DNA of 64,000 nucleotides from Patescibacteria group bacterium (GTDB lineage Bacteria; Patescibacteriota; Minisyncoccia; Portnoybacterales; GWB1-42-6): NCBI GenBank assembly GCA_022709865.1, contig JAKLIA010000001.1, positions 37,593 to 101,592 of the forward strand, read 5' to 3'. Shown piece by piece: positions 18,172 to 27,446 of this stretch (position 1 is its first letter; each line of letters starts with the position of its first letter). The notes under the pieces were generated by a model. It saw only the letters and a program-made list of their open reading frames with translations, ran no database searches and was not told where the DNA came from. The position numbers and the translations under genes were made by a program.

Positions 18172-18462
18172 TTAATTTAAGTAGCCGTTTTTTTGGCCCC
18201 ATTCCAGCCAGATGTTTTTTGTTTGTTCCATATCTCCCGGTATAATCGGGAGTTTGGGCTGTTTTTTGGAAAGTTGTTTAAGTGCGAGGAAAAGGGCTCT
18301 GTCTGGGCCATTTTCCTTAAGATCATGAAGAATTGCCGGAATAATGCGCTCTCCCTGTAGGATAACTTTTTTAAAAGCAGGAACTTCCGTCATTAAGGAT
18401 ACTATTGAATAAAAACCGGTCTCTTTCTTCAGTTCTTCTAACAACGCCGCCTGTCCCGACAT
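18172..18462 (-). CDS. Hypothetical protein, 96 aa
   Basis: ORF with a start 11 nt upstream of the Cys-rich gene, forming a two-gene cassette. No recognisable motif. Confidence 0.35.
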   Translation of the reverse strand: MSGQAALLEELKKETGFYSIVSLMTEVPAFKKVILQGERIIPAILHDLKENGPDRALFLALKQLSKKQPKLPIIPGDMEQTKNIWLEWGQKNGYLN

Positions 18463-18550
18463 AATTTTTTCTCCTTTCGGTATTTACCTTTTTTATTGTT
18501 AAAAAACGAGTTTTTTGATTCTAAAACAAAGCCATATGGCTGTCAATCTT

Positions 18551-20581
18551 TTACTTTTTTTTAGCGATATTTTTCCCGCTTCGACTGGCTGGTCGAATCG
18601 AGGCGAGCAGTTTTTCTATCTCTTCTTTTATCTTTATTTCTTCGTCAAATTGCAGGTTGCGGTTGGCTAGGTCGGCTTTAAATTGAAGCTCTTTGATATA
18701 TTCTCTAAGATATTCTCCGCTAAGAAGAGCTTCTTTTTTGGCGGGTTTTTTGCTTTCAGCAGAGCCAAAGCTTTCTCGGATAGCTTTAATGATTTGCTGC
18801 GGATCGATGTGGTGTTTTTTATTATAAGTTTCTTGAGTCTGGCGGCGGCGGTTGGTTTCGCTGATAGCAAACTTCATAGAGTCGGTTAATTTATCAGCAT
18901 ATAAAATTGCTTGGCCTTCCAAGTGCCGCGAAGCGCGGCCAATGGTTTGGATTAGGGTTGTTGCGTTGCGTAAAAAACCCTCTTTATCCGCATCTAAAAT
19001 TGCCACCAGAGAAACCTCGGGCAAGTCCAATCCTTCTCGCAATAAGTTAATGCCCACCAGCACGTCGTAATGACCTTCGCGCAATTTTTTTAAAATATCC
19101 GGGCGCTCTAAAGTTTTAACTTCCGAATGGAGGTATTGGGTTTTGATCTTTTCTTCCGTTAAATATTCTGCCAAATCCTCAGCCATGCGCTTAGTTAGGG
19201 TGGTCACCAAGACGCGCTGTTTTTTGGCCACGCGTTTTTTAATTTCTTTGATTAAGTCCGGGATTTGGTTTGCGCTTGGTCGCACGGAGATTTTGGGGTC
19301 CAGAAGCCCTGTTGGGCGGATAAGCTGCTCCACAATAATGGGGGATTTGCCAAGCTCATATTTTCCCGGCGTGGCGGAGGTATAAATTGTTGGGCCGATC
19401 TTTTCTTCAAACTCTTTAAACTTCAGCGGCCGGTTATCCAGCGCCGAAGGCAGGCGAAAACCAAAATCGATCAGGGTTTGCTTGCGGGCTTTATCGCCCT
19501 CATACATCGCGCCAATTTGCGGCACGGTCATATGGGATTCGTCGATAATAGTTAGAAAATCATTTTGGCCGCCCCGCACATGGCTAAAATAGTCTAGCAG
19601 CGAATAAGGCGGAGAATCGGGCGCGCGAAACTCTAGGTGCCGGGAATAATTTTCAATCCCATGGCAATAACCAACTTCCTTCATCATTTCCAAATCGTAA
19701 TTAGTGCGGCGGCGCAAGCGTTCGGCATCCAATAATTTGCCCTGCTTTTTTAGTTTTTTTAATTGTCCGTCCATCTCCAGCCGGATATTATCCATGGCGA
19801 GTTTTAATTTATCTTTTGGCGCCACCCAAAACTTAGCTGGATACAAACGCTGGCTGGCAACGGAAGTTTCTCGCTTAACAAAAAGGTCGCGTGTCATTTC
19901 TGTTTGGCGGACAATAATAGCTGAAATAATATTGCCCTTAAGTTCCAGGCGGATGATCTTTTCTCCGGTGGCTGGCCAGATCTCAATGGTTTCGCCGCGC
20001 ACGCGGAAAGAGCCGCGGCCAAAATTAATATCTTTGCGGTCATACTGCAAAGCGGAGAGCTGCCTTAATAAGTTTTGGCGCGAAATAGTTTGGCCAACTT
20101 TAACTTCAATGCTCAAATCCAAATAAGCGCTAGGCAAGCCGATGTTATAAATACAGGAAACCGAGGCCACAATAATTGTGTCCTGGCGGTCTAATAAGTT
20201 TTGAATGGAAGAGTGGCGCAATCGGTCCAGCTCCTCGTTAATTTTGGCGTCTTTATCTATATAGGTATCGGTGGTGGGGATATAGGCTTCGGGTTGGTAG
20301 TAATCGTAGTAAGAAACAAAATAGTTTACGCTATTTTGCGGGAAAAACTCTTTGAACTCTTGGTATAATTGCGCGGCTAGAGTTTTGTTATGGGAAATTA
20401 TTAGCGTTGGCTTTTGCGTTTGCTCGATCACATTCGCCATAGAAAAAGTTTTTCCCGAACCTGTCACGCCCAAAAGCACCTGGTGGGGCGCGCCGCTTTG
20501 CAGGTTTTTAACTAAAGCTTCTATGGCCTTGGGTTGGTCGCCGGTTGGCTTAAATTGGGCGGTTAATTTGAATTGCGGCAT
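18551..20581 (-). CDS. uvrB: Excinuclease ABC subunit B
   Basis: GVTGSGKTFSMANVIE, YFVSYYDYYQPEAY, helicase motifs, and a C-terminal UVR domain. Confidence 0.9.
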   Translation of the reverse strand: MPQFKLTAQFKPTGDQPKAIEALVKNLQSGAPHQVLLGVTGSGKTFSMANVIEQTQKPTLIISHNKTLAAQLYQEFKEFFPQNSVNYFVSYYDYYQPEAYIPTTDTYIDKDAKINEELDRLRHSSIQNLLDRQDTIIVASVSCIYNIGLPSAYLDLSIEVKVGQTISRQNLLRQLSALQYDRKDINFGRGSFRVRGETIEIWPATGEKIIRLELKGNIISAIIVRQTEMTRDLFVKRETSVASQRLYPAKFWVAPKDKLKLAMDNIRLEMDGQLKKLKKQGKLLDAERLRRRTNYDLEMMKEVGYCHGIENYSRHLEFRAPDSPPYSLLDYFSHVRGGQNDFLTIIDESHMTVPQIGAMYEGDKARKQTLIDFGFRLPSALDNRPLKFKEFEEKIGPTIYTSATPGKYELGKSPIIVEQLIRPTGLLDPKISVRPSANQIPDLIKEIKKRVAKKQRVLVTTLTKRMAEDLAEYLTEEKIKTQYLHSEVKTLERPDILKKLREGHYDVLVGINLLREGLDLPEVSLVAILDADKEGFLRNATTLIQTIGRASRHLEGQAILYADKLTDSMKFAISETNRRRQTQETYNKKHHIDPQQIIKAIRESFGSAESKKPAKKEALLSGEYLREYIKELQFKADLANRNLQFDEEIKIKEEIEKLLASIRPASRSGKNIAKKK

Positions 20582-20627
20582 AACGATTGAAAAAAGAGAG
20601 TTGGTAGAGTAAGATTAAGCTAATAAT

Positions 20628-21209
20628 ATGATCTCTTCTCTTGAAGGTAAAATCACTTTGCGGGCAGAAAAGCACATAATTTTGGAAGCCAATGGGATTG
20701 GCTATAAAGTTTGGTGCGCCGAGAAAACACTCTCCAAATTACCACAAACAGGGGAGTCTGTGAAGCTATTCACGTTCCTAGCGGTCAAAGAAACCGGCTG
20801 GGATCTATTTGGTTTTTTGACCCACGAGGAGCTGGAAATGTTTGAATTATTAATTTCAATTTCCGGCATCGGGCCAAAAACAGCAGCCGGGATTTTGTCG
20901 GCGGCTTCGGTGGAAGATCTGCAGGAGGCGATAGTGCTGGGAGATGAAACAATTTTAAGCCGTGTTTCTGGTATTGGTAAAAAAGTGGCGCAAAAGATAG
21001 TAATAGAACTAAAATCTAAAGTTAAAAAACTGTCTAAAGGCTCGGGCGATAAGTTCCGCGTGGCCGACGATATTGAAATTATTGATGCCCTGGTGGTGTT
21101 GGGATATAAAGTCTATGAAGCGCGCGAGGCTTTAAAGCAGGTGCCAGAAAGCGTTAAAGGGATGGAAAATAGGGTGCGGGATGCATTAAAAAGATTGGGA
21201 AAGAAATAA
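20628..21209 (+). CDS. ruvA: Holliday junction DNA helicase subunit RuvA
   Basis: MISSLEGKI...GIGYKV OB fold, and two HhH motifs (ISGIGPKTA, VSGIGKKVA). Confidence 0.85.
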   Translation: MISSLEGKITLRAEKHIILEANGIGYKVWCAEKTLSKLPQTGESVKLFTFLAVKETGWDLFGFLTHEELEMFELLISISGIGPKTAAGILSAASVEDLQEAIVLGDETILSRVSGIGKKVAQKIVIELKSKVKKLSKGSGDKFRVADDIEIIDALVVLGYKVYEAREALKQVPESVKGMENRVRDALKRLGKK

Positions 21210-21210
21210 A

Positions 21211-22212
21211 ATGTTAGAAGAAAAAACCAAAGAAACTTGGAATAATTTTATTCTCGCTAATGGCGGGAGTTTTTTGCAATCCTTTGAATGGGGTGAGTTT
21301 CAAGAAAAAGTCGGGCGCAAAGTGAAGCGATTAGTCGGTGATAATTGGTCAGCGCAGTTTATTCAATACAAACTTCCCTGTGTGAATAAGTTTTATTGGT
21401 ATTGCCCGCGCGGGCCAATAATGCCGGGCTGGCTGATGGAAGAATTGATTGCTAGGTTCAAAACCGAAATTAAAGAGAAGAATGATATTTTTTTCCGCTT
21501 GGGCCCGGGTTGGGAGATAGATAATGGATTTGAAAATAAACTAAAAAAAGAAGGATTCCAGCAATTGCCCTATGATATTGAACCTGCGCAAACTTTGATT
21601 TTGGATATTGCAAAAACCGAAGATGAGCTCTTGGCGCAGATGCATGAAAAGTGGCGCTATAATATTCGGCTGGCCGAGCGCAAAGGGGTGCAAATAAAAA
21701 ACTTTAGCTCAACGGATAGCGATTTTGAAAAATATTTTGACGAGTTCTATCAATTAGTAGACAAAGGAACATCAGAGCGGAAAGAGATAAAGCATCACGA
21801 CAAAGAATACTATAAAAAACAGCTAGAAATAAAAGGCGAAAAAATAGAGTTTAAGTTATTCGTGGCCGAATACGAAAATAAAGTTATCGCGGCCAATATC
21901 GTGGTGATCTTTGGCAGCCGCTCCACTTATTTGCACGGCGCCACTAGCAGCGAGCACCGCGAAGTTATGGCACCGCATCTTTTGCAGTGGGAGCAAATCA
22001 AATATGCTAAAGCGCAGAGTTGCAGTGAATATGATTTTTGGGGGATATATAACGAGTATACCAAAGATAAACGCGGCAAATCGTGGGAAGGCTTTACCCG
22101 CTTCAAGCGCGGCTTTGGCGGCAGGGAAGTTAATTATGTTGGATATTTTGATTATCCGTTGAGTGAGTTTTGGTATTTTGTTTATAGATTGGTGCAAAAG
22201 TTTAGACGATGA
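21211..22212 (+). CDS. FemAB-family peptidoglycan bridge-forming aminoacyltransferase
   Basis: FLQSFEWGEFQEKVG and overall FemX-like architecture. Confidence 0.6.
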   Translation: MLEEKTKETWNNFILANGGSFLQSFEWGEFQEKVGRKVKRLVGDNWSAQFIQYKLPCVNKFYWYCPRGPIMPGWLMEELIARFKTEIKEKNDIFFRLGPGWEIDNGFENKLKKEGFQQLPYDIEPAQTLILDIAKTEDELLAQMHEKWRYNIRLAERKGVQIKNFSSTDSDFEKYFDEFYQLVDKGTSERKEIKHHDKEYYKKQLEIKGEKIEFKLFVAEYENKVIAANIVVIFGSRSTYLHGATSSEHREVMAPHLLQWEQIKYAKAQSCSEYDFWGIYNEYTKDKRGKSWEGFTRFKRGFGGREVNYVGYFDYPLSEFWYFVYRLVQKFRR

Positions 22213-22925
22213 TTTGTAAGTTTTGTCTTCAAGATAAAAAATTAGTAGATGCTCATATTGTGCCGAGATGTTTTTTTGAGCGCCAGAAGGGAGGAGAGCT
22301 GTTTTTAGAAGTTCTTTGTACTAATAAAAGCATTAGAAAAAGCAGATCTTATATTGGGCTTTACGATAATTCGTTGGTCTGTTATGAATGCGAACAAAAA
22401 TTTTCTAAGTTTGATGATTATGGTTGTAAATTATTACTTTCTAACCTGGATGATAAAAATTTTATATTGAGTTCTGCTGGTGAAAAAGCTGGGTATCAAA
22501 TAAATTCTTTTGACTACGATAAGCTTAAATTATTTTTTCTTTCAGTATTGTGGAGAGCTAGTAATTCAGAAAGAAAGGAATTTGCTAAGATTAATGTCGG
22601 TTCTTACAATGAAAAGTTAAAGGAGATGATTATTAATAAAAATCCGGGTAATCAAGATGAGTTTTCCATCTTTCTTACAAAATTTATTGATCCGCTTGGG
22701 TCTAGAAATTTTATGGATCCCTTTAGTATAAAAATTGATGGAATAAATATGTGTGTTTTTTATTTTGGAGGCGGATATAAAGCCTATATAAAAGTTGATA
22801 AAAGACCTTTGTCAAATCTCTTCAATTTATTCATTATTAAAAAAGATAGACCAGCAGTTGTTTTTATTGAGAAGAATTTTATTGAGTCTAAAGAATTTCA
22901 AGTTGCTAAACTTTTATTTAAATGA
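22209..22925 (+). CDS. HNH-motif nuclease-like protein. The gene is AT-rich, inserted, and translationally coupled on both sides.
   Basis: CKFC-x8-DAHIVPRCFFERQKGG ... CYEC resembles the CxxC...HIIPRSKGG...CxxC HNH core. GC is about 32 percent versus the mid-40s for neighbours. ATGA overlaps with both flanking genes. Confidence 0.4.
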   Translation: MICKFCLQDKKLVDAHIVPRCFFERQKGGELFLEVLCTNKSIRKSRSYIGLYDNSLVCYECEQKFSKFDDYGCKLLLSNLDDKNFILSSAGEKAGYQINSFDYDKLKLFFLSVLWRASNSERKEFAKINVGSYNEKLKEMIINKNPGNQDEFSIFLTKFIDPLGSRNFMDPFSIKIDGINMCVFYFGGGYKAYIKVDKRPLSNLFNLFIIKKDRPAVVFIEKNFIESKEFQVAKLLFK

Positions 22926-24211
22926 AAAAACTACTTAAAAAACTTATTCCCGATTGGCTGTTAAGCTTATATCATTTTATTTTAGCGCTGATGGCGGCGC
23001 TGGTTTATGGTTTTCCTAGTAAAAAAATAAAAGTGATTGGAGTGACAGGAACAAAAGGAAAGTCTACGGTAGTTGCGCTGGCTGGCAAAGTGTTATCGGG
23101 AAATTATAAAACAGGCTGGATTTCATCGTTGACAATTTTTGACGGCCAGAACGAAGTGATGAATCCTTTCCATATGACTATGCCCGGGCGGTTTTTTATA
23201 CAAAAGACCTTGGCGCAGATGGTTAAAAACGGATGCGAGTATGCTTTAGTGGAAGTGACAAGCGAGGGAATTAAACAATCGCGGCACCGGTTTATTAATT
23301 GGGCGGGCGCGGCGTTCACTAATTTGGCGCCGGAGCATTTGGAAGCGCACGGCGGGTTTGAAAATTATCGGGCGGCAAAAATGAAATTGTTTGAGGCGGC
23401 AGCAAAAAACCCGGAAAGTTTTGGCGTGTATAATCTGGACGACGAAAATGTGAAGTGGTTCCAGAAATATTCGGTGGGCAAAAAATACGGTTATGGCGCT
23501 TTGTCTCGCGAGATTTTAAAGGACCACTTTGCCACGTTGGTGATGACGGATATTAAATTAAGCGCCCAAGGCAGCGAGTTTAAAATAAATAACGCGCAGT
23601 TTAAAACCAATCTGCTTGGCGAGTTTAATGTTTATAACTGCGCGGCAGCAGCGGCAATCGGCGAGGCGTGCGGAGTAAAATTAGAAGAGGCGGCGCAGGC
23701 TTTGGGGAAAATAAAAGCCATTCCGGGGCGCTTGGAAATTATTAATGAAGGGCAAGGTTTTACAGTCGTTGTTGATTTGGCCCATACGCCCGATTCTTTT
23801 GAAAAAGTTTTTAAATTGTTCAGCCAATTAAAGAACGAGGGTGCTAAAATTATTTCTGTTTTTGGCTCGGCCGGCGGCGGGCGCGATAAGTGGAAGCGGC
23901 CGGAGCTGGGTAAAATTGCTTCGCAATATTCTGATCAAGTTTTTGTTTGCAACGAGGATCCGTATGACGAAGAGCCTTTAACCATTGCCAATGAGATTTT
24001 GGCGGGTTGCGATAAAAGCAAAACAGATATTGTTTTAAGTCGCCGCGCCGCGATTGCGCGGGGCTTAGCTTTGGCGCAAGCAGGGGATATTGTTTTGATT
24101 CTGGGCAAAGGAACCGAACAAACTTATGTTGAGGGGAAAAAACCAATAAAATGGGACGATAGGGACATAACGCGGGAAGAAATAAAAAAATTGACGAATA
24201 TAAATAAATAA
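22922..24211 (+). CDS. Mur ligase family protein (MurE/MurT-like)
   Basis: ATP P-loop GVTGTKGKSTV and Mur ligase C-terminal domain GSAGGGRDKWKRPELG. Confidence 0.65.
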   Translation: MKKLLKKLIPDWLLSLYHFILALMAALVYGFPSKKIKVIGVTGTKGKSTVVALAGKVLSGNYKTGWISSLTIFDGQNEVMNPFHMTMPGRFFIQKTLAQMVKNGCEYALVEVTSEGIKQSRHRFINWAGAAFTNLAPEHLEAHGGFENYRAAKMKLFEAAAKNPESFGVYNLDDENVKWFQKYSVGKKYGYGALSREILKDHFATLVMTDIKLSAQGSEFKINNAQFKTNLLGEFNVYNCAAAAAIGEACGVKLEEAAQALGKIKAIPGRLEIINEGQGFTVVVDLAHTPDSFEKVFKLFSQLKNEGAKIISVFGSAGGGRDKWKRPELGKIASQYSDQVFVCNEDPYDEEPLTIANEILAGCDKSKTDIVLSRRAAIARGLALAQAGDIVLILGKGTEQTYVEGKKPIKWDDRDITREEIKKLTNINK

Positions 24212-24250
24212 TGCTAACTTTTGTTCATTAGTTCTTAACGCCCAAAAAAG

Positions 24251-24400
24251 AGCAGGGAAGATGAAGGGGGTCCTGGGGGAGGCTCATAACCTATCCTCGA
24301 CGCTTGTTTACGCAAGAATAAAATCTGGCAGTAAATATTTCATCTTTCAATAACCTAATTCTTGTGCGCGTCCATACCGGTTCGAGTCCGGATCCTGCTC
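24251..24400 (+). ncRNA. tRNA-like structured RNA of about 150 nt. It has an acceptor stem plus a canonical T-arm but no standard D or anticodon arms.
   Basis: 5' AGCAGGG pairs with 3' TCCTGCT (7 bp including one G-T wobble). A T-arm CCGG-TTCGAGT-CCGG lies directly upstream of the 3' strand, followed by discriminator C and then a T-run. About 119 nt separate the acceptor 5' strand from the T-arm. Confidence 0.35.
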
Positions 24401-24416
24401 TTTTTCTATTATCATA

Positions 24417-24440
24417 AAAGCCATCAAAAAGATGGCTTTT
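24417..24440. terminator. Bidirectional terminator hairpin
   Basis: aaaagccatc aaaaa gatggctttt with flanking A and T runs. Confidence 0.6.
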
Positions 24441-24505
24441 ATTTTTGGGAAAAATAAAACCCCGGCAATTTTTTGCTAGGGTTTTGGTTGGAGTTGGAAG
24501 GGGAA

Positions 24506-24712
24506 TTAAGAGATGGCGACGAAGAATTTTTGTTGTTTGGGGTTGAAGGTAAGTAATTCTTCCTGTTTGTTTTCGGTAGTTTTGGTGTTGTGTAAAAAAG
24601 GATCTTCTTCACAATTGCCGCATTTATCCCCATGATCGGGATTTGGTGTTCCACAATGCGCGCAGACAGGTCCATTTTCACTCAAATCAAGCACAATCTT
24701 GTCTCTGCTCAT
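24506..24712 (-). CDS. Small zinc-ribbon protein, hypothetical
   Basis: 68 aa with CAHCG...CGNC. Confidence 0.35.
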   Translation of the reverse strand: MSRDKIVLDLSENGPVCAHCGTPNPDHGDKCGNCEEDPFLHNTKTTENKQEELLTFNPKQQKFFVAIS

Positions 24713-24966
24713 ATTTCCTCCTCCTTTTTCTAAAGGTTGGGTTATTTGAAGAGAACTATACTGATATATTATATTATAACAAAACGCTGTTTTTGTGTCA
24801 ATAGTGGCTTAAAATCTGTAAAAATAGTATAATTTATCTATGAAAAATTACGCTTCCGCCAGGGCCGGCCGGGGAAAAACAACGTATCGCTCGCCGAGCG
24901 TTTGGCGCTGTTTAAAGCAGCAAAAAATTGTTAAAATAAAAAGCGCGGATAATAAATCAAAAACTT

Positions 24967-26403
24967 ATGGCAAAAACTAGCGGTTTAAAATTGCATTTTT
25001 ACGGCGGAGCGGAGGCGGTGACCGGCGTCAATTATTTGCTGGAAGCCAAGGGCGCCAAAATCTTGGTTGATTGCGGTTTATTTCAGGGTTCGCGGGAGCT
25101 GGAAGCCAGAAACTCTCAGCCCTTTGCTTATGACGCCAAAGAAATTGACGCGGTAATTATTACCCATTCCCATTTGGACCATATCGGCAAATTGCCGCAA
25201 TTGATCAGTGCTGGTTTTGGCGGCAAGATATATGCTACTCCGCCCGCGGTGGATTTTACGCGCCTGATCCTGGAAGACAGCGTGCGGGTTTTGGCGGAAA
25301 AAGCCCGGCATGCCGGGGTCGTGCCGCTTTTTTCCCAAGAAGAAGTGGACGAAGTGATGTCGCGGTTTGTGGCGGTTGATTATTATAAAAAAACCAAAGC
25401 GGCCAAAGGAATAGAGTTTACTTTTCATGATGCGGGCCATATTTTAGGTTCGGCCATCGTTGAGGTTGACGCGGCTGGCCCTCCTTCGCCCAAGGGCTCC
25501 GGAAGGGTAAACAAAAAAATTGTTTTTTCCGGAGACCTGGGGCACCCGCCGGCTCCCTTGCTTCGCGCACCGGATTATTTAACGCAAGCGGATTATATTC
25601 TAGTGGAATCAACTTATGGCGATAAAAACCACGAGTCGCCGGAAGAGGGGGAAGAAAAAGTAGAAAATGCCATTGAAGATACAGTGGCCCGCGGCGGGGT
25701 TTTGATGATACCGAGTTTTGCGATGGAGCGCACTCAACAGCTGCTATATCACTTAAATAATTTGGTTGAACACAAACGCATTCCGCGCGTGCCGATCTTT
25801 ATTGATAGCCCTTTAGCCACCCATATCACAGAGGTCTATAAAAAATATCCGCAATATTATAATAAAAAAGCGGTTTTTGAAATTGATTCGGGCGATGATG
25901 TTTTTAATTTTCCGGGTTTGCGCTTCACTGTTTCTTCCAAAGAATCAAAAGAGATTAATGATTCTCCTTCGCCAAAAGTTATTATTGCTGGTTCGGGCAT
26001 GAGCCAAGGAGGCCGGATAGTGCACCATGAAGTTCGGTATTTAAGCGACCCCAGAAATACTTTATTGATGGTGGGCTATCAAGCCGAAGGCACGCTTGGC
26101 AGGCGATTGGCTGATGGTCAGAAACGAGTTGAAGTTTTGGACCAGGCAATCGAGGTTAAAGCCAAAATAGAAAAGATTTCCGGTTATTCGGCCCATGCGG
26201 ACCAGAGCTATTTAATGGATTGGGTAAAAAGTTTTAAAAAAGTAGGATCGCCGGATGGCGGGGAAGCCAGCCATGAATTAAAAAAAGTTTTTGTGGTGCA
26301 AGGAGAGAATGGGCCGTCTTCTGCTCTGGCTAGCTTGATCCGCGATGAGCTGGGAATCTTGGCGCAAGTTCCAAAAATGGGGGAAGTGGCGGAATTGGAT
26401 TAA
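24967..26403 (+). CDS. MBL-fold beta-CASP ribonuclease (RNase J / CPSF-like)
   Basis: HSHLDHIGKLP metallo-beta-lactamase motif. Downstream beta-CASP-like region is consistent with 478 aa. Confidence 0.65.
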   Translation: MAKTSGLKLHFYGGAEAVTGVNYLLEAKGAKILVDCGLFQGSRELEARNSQPFAYDAKEIDAVIITHSHLDHIGKLPQLISAGFGGKIYATPPAVDFTRLILEDSVRVLAEKARHAGVVPLFSQEEVDEVMSRFVAVDYYKKTKAAKGIEFTFHDAGHILGSAIVEVDAAGPPSPKGSGRVNKKIVFSGDLGHPPAPLLRAPDYLTQADYILVESTYGDKNHESPEEGEEKVENAIEDTVARGGVLMIPSFAMERTQQLLYHLNNLVEHKRIPRVPIFIDSPLATHITEVYKKYPQYYNKKAVFEIDSGDDVFNFPGLRFTVSSKESKEINDSPSPKVIIAGSGMSQGGRIVHHEVRYLSDPRNTLLMVGYQAEGTLGRRLADGQKRVEVLDQAIEVKAKIEKISGYSAHADQSYLMDWVKSFKKVGSPDGGEASHELKKVFVVQGENGPSSALASLIRDELGILAQVPKMGEVAELD

Positions 26404-26472
26404 ATGGATTAAAATAAATAATAATCTGGGCAACGCAAAGAGATTAATTTAATTAGCGCTGCCAGCAACAAT

Positions 26473-27078
26473 ATGGAACAAATGGCTAAAGGTTATCTAA
26501 AATATAAAATATGCGTTTCCGGGGCGGCGCGCACGGATTACTGTTCGGAAAATGCCATGGCCAACACTAAGGAGCTCGGCCGGGAAATTGTGCGCCAGGG
26601 CGGAATTGTGGTGACGGGCGCTACCACCGGCGCGCCTTATTGGGCGGCGATCGGCGCCAAGGAAGAGGGCGGCATTTCCATTGGCTTTTCGCCGGCGTCT
26701 TCGGAAGCTTCCCACGTTAAAACCTATCACTTGCCGATAGATTATTTTGATATGATAGTTTATACCGGTTTTGAATATTCTGGCCGGAACTTGATTTTAA
26801 CTCGGGCCTCAGACGCCGTGATAATCGTTTGCGGGCGGCTGGGAACTTTAAATGAGTTCACGATTGCCTTTGAAGATAAAAAACCGATCGGCGTTCTAAC
26901 CGGCACCGGCGGTATGGCCGATGAATTGAAAGGCATCATTGAAAAAGGGCATCGCGGCGCGGGAAAAATTGTTTATAATAGCGACCCGAAAAAATTAGTG
27001 GCGGAATTAATTGAAATTATTAAAGAAGAAAAAGATATTGAAGTTGATTTTTCACCCGGTAAAGGAGGAGGGGAATAG
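26473..27078 (+). CDS. TIGR00725/LOG-like Rossmann-fold nucleotide-binding protein
   Basis: ICVSGAART...GGIVVTG...CGRLGTLNEF pattern typical of the LOG/SLOG family. Confidence 0.5.
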   Translation: MEQMAKGYLKYKICVSGAARTDYCSENAMANTKELGREIVRQGGIVVTGATTGAPYWAAIGAKEEGGISIGFSPASSEASHVKTYHLPIDYFDMIVYTGFEYSGRNLILTRASDAVIIVCGRLGTLNEFTIAFEDKKPIGVLTGTGGMADELKGIIEKGHRGAGKIVYNSDPKKLVAELIEIIKEEKDIEVDFSPGKGGGE

Positions 27079-27094
27079 GTAGAATAAATTATTA

Positions 27095-27168
27095 GCCCGC
27101 CTTCGCCCTTTGGGCTTCGGCGAGGCGCTCATTTTTGTCTCCGCTTGCTACGCTCGCGGACAAAAATG
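27095..27168 (+). promoter_or_regulatory. Two tandem GC-rich hairpins in the leader immediately upstream of the RBS of a GTG-initiated small gene
   Basis: Hairpin 1 is gcccgccttcgcc...ggcttcggcgaggcgc. Hairpin 2 is catttttgtctccgc-loop-gcggacaaaaatg. The RBS gaggagg follows at 27173, and the GTG start is at 27189. Confidence 0.4.
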
Positions 27169-27188
27169 GCGAGAGGAGGTGAAAAAAA

Positions 27189-27440
27189 GTGGCAGCAGAA
27201 AAATTAATTGGCAAGATTTCCCATTACTTTGGCCATATTAGCGTGGGGATAATTGAGCTAGCAGATGATTTTAAGGTTGGCGAAAAAATCCATATCAAAG
27301 GTTCCAGTACCGATTTTGAACAAGTAGTGAGTTCCATGCAAATTGACCGCCAGGATATCAGCGAAGCTAAAGCCGGCGACGCTATTGGCATTAAAGTGGA
27401 GCAAAAAGTAAAAGAGGGAGATTTGGTTTATAAAGTTTAA
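27189..27440 (+). CDS. Small beta-barrel protein (EF-Tu domain-2-like), hypothetical
   Basis: 83 aa, GTG start with a strong RBS. GKISHYFGHISVGIIEL...GDAIGIKV resembles translation-factor beta-barrel domains. Confidence 0.35.
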   Translation: MAAEKLIGKISHYFGHISVGIIELADDFKVGEKIHIKGSSTDFEQVVSSMQIDRQDISEAKAGDAIGIKVEQKVKEGDLVYKV

Positions 27441-27446
27441 AAAATA

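Noticed and set aside
24841..24981. 47 aa basic Arg/Lys-rich ORF (MKNYASARAGRGKTTYRSPSVWRCLKQQK...) upstream of the RNase J-like gene, containing a GC-rich gccagggccggccgggg stretch
   Set aside because: There is no RBS, the composition is low-complexity, and it runs into the next gene's start in another frame. It is more likely a leader/UTR than a gene.
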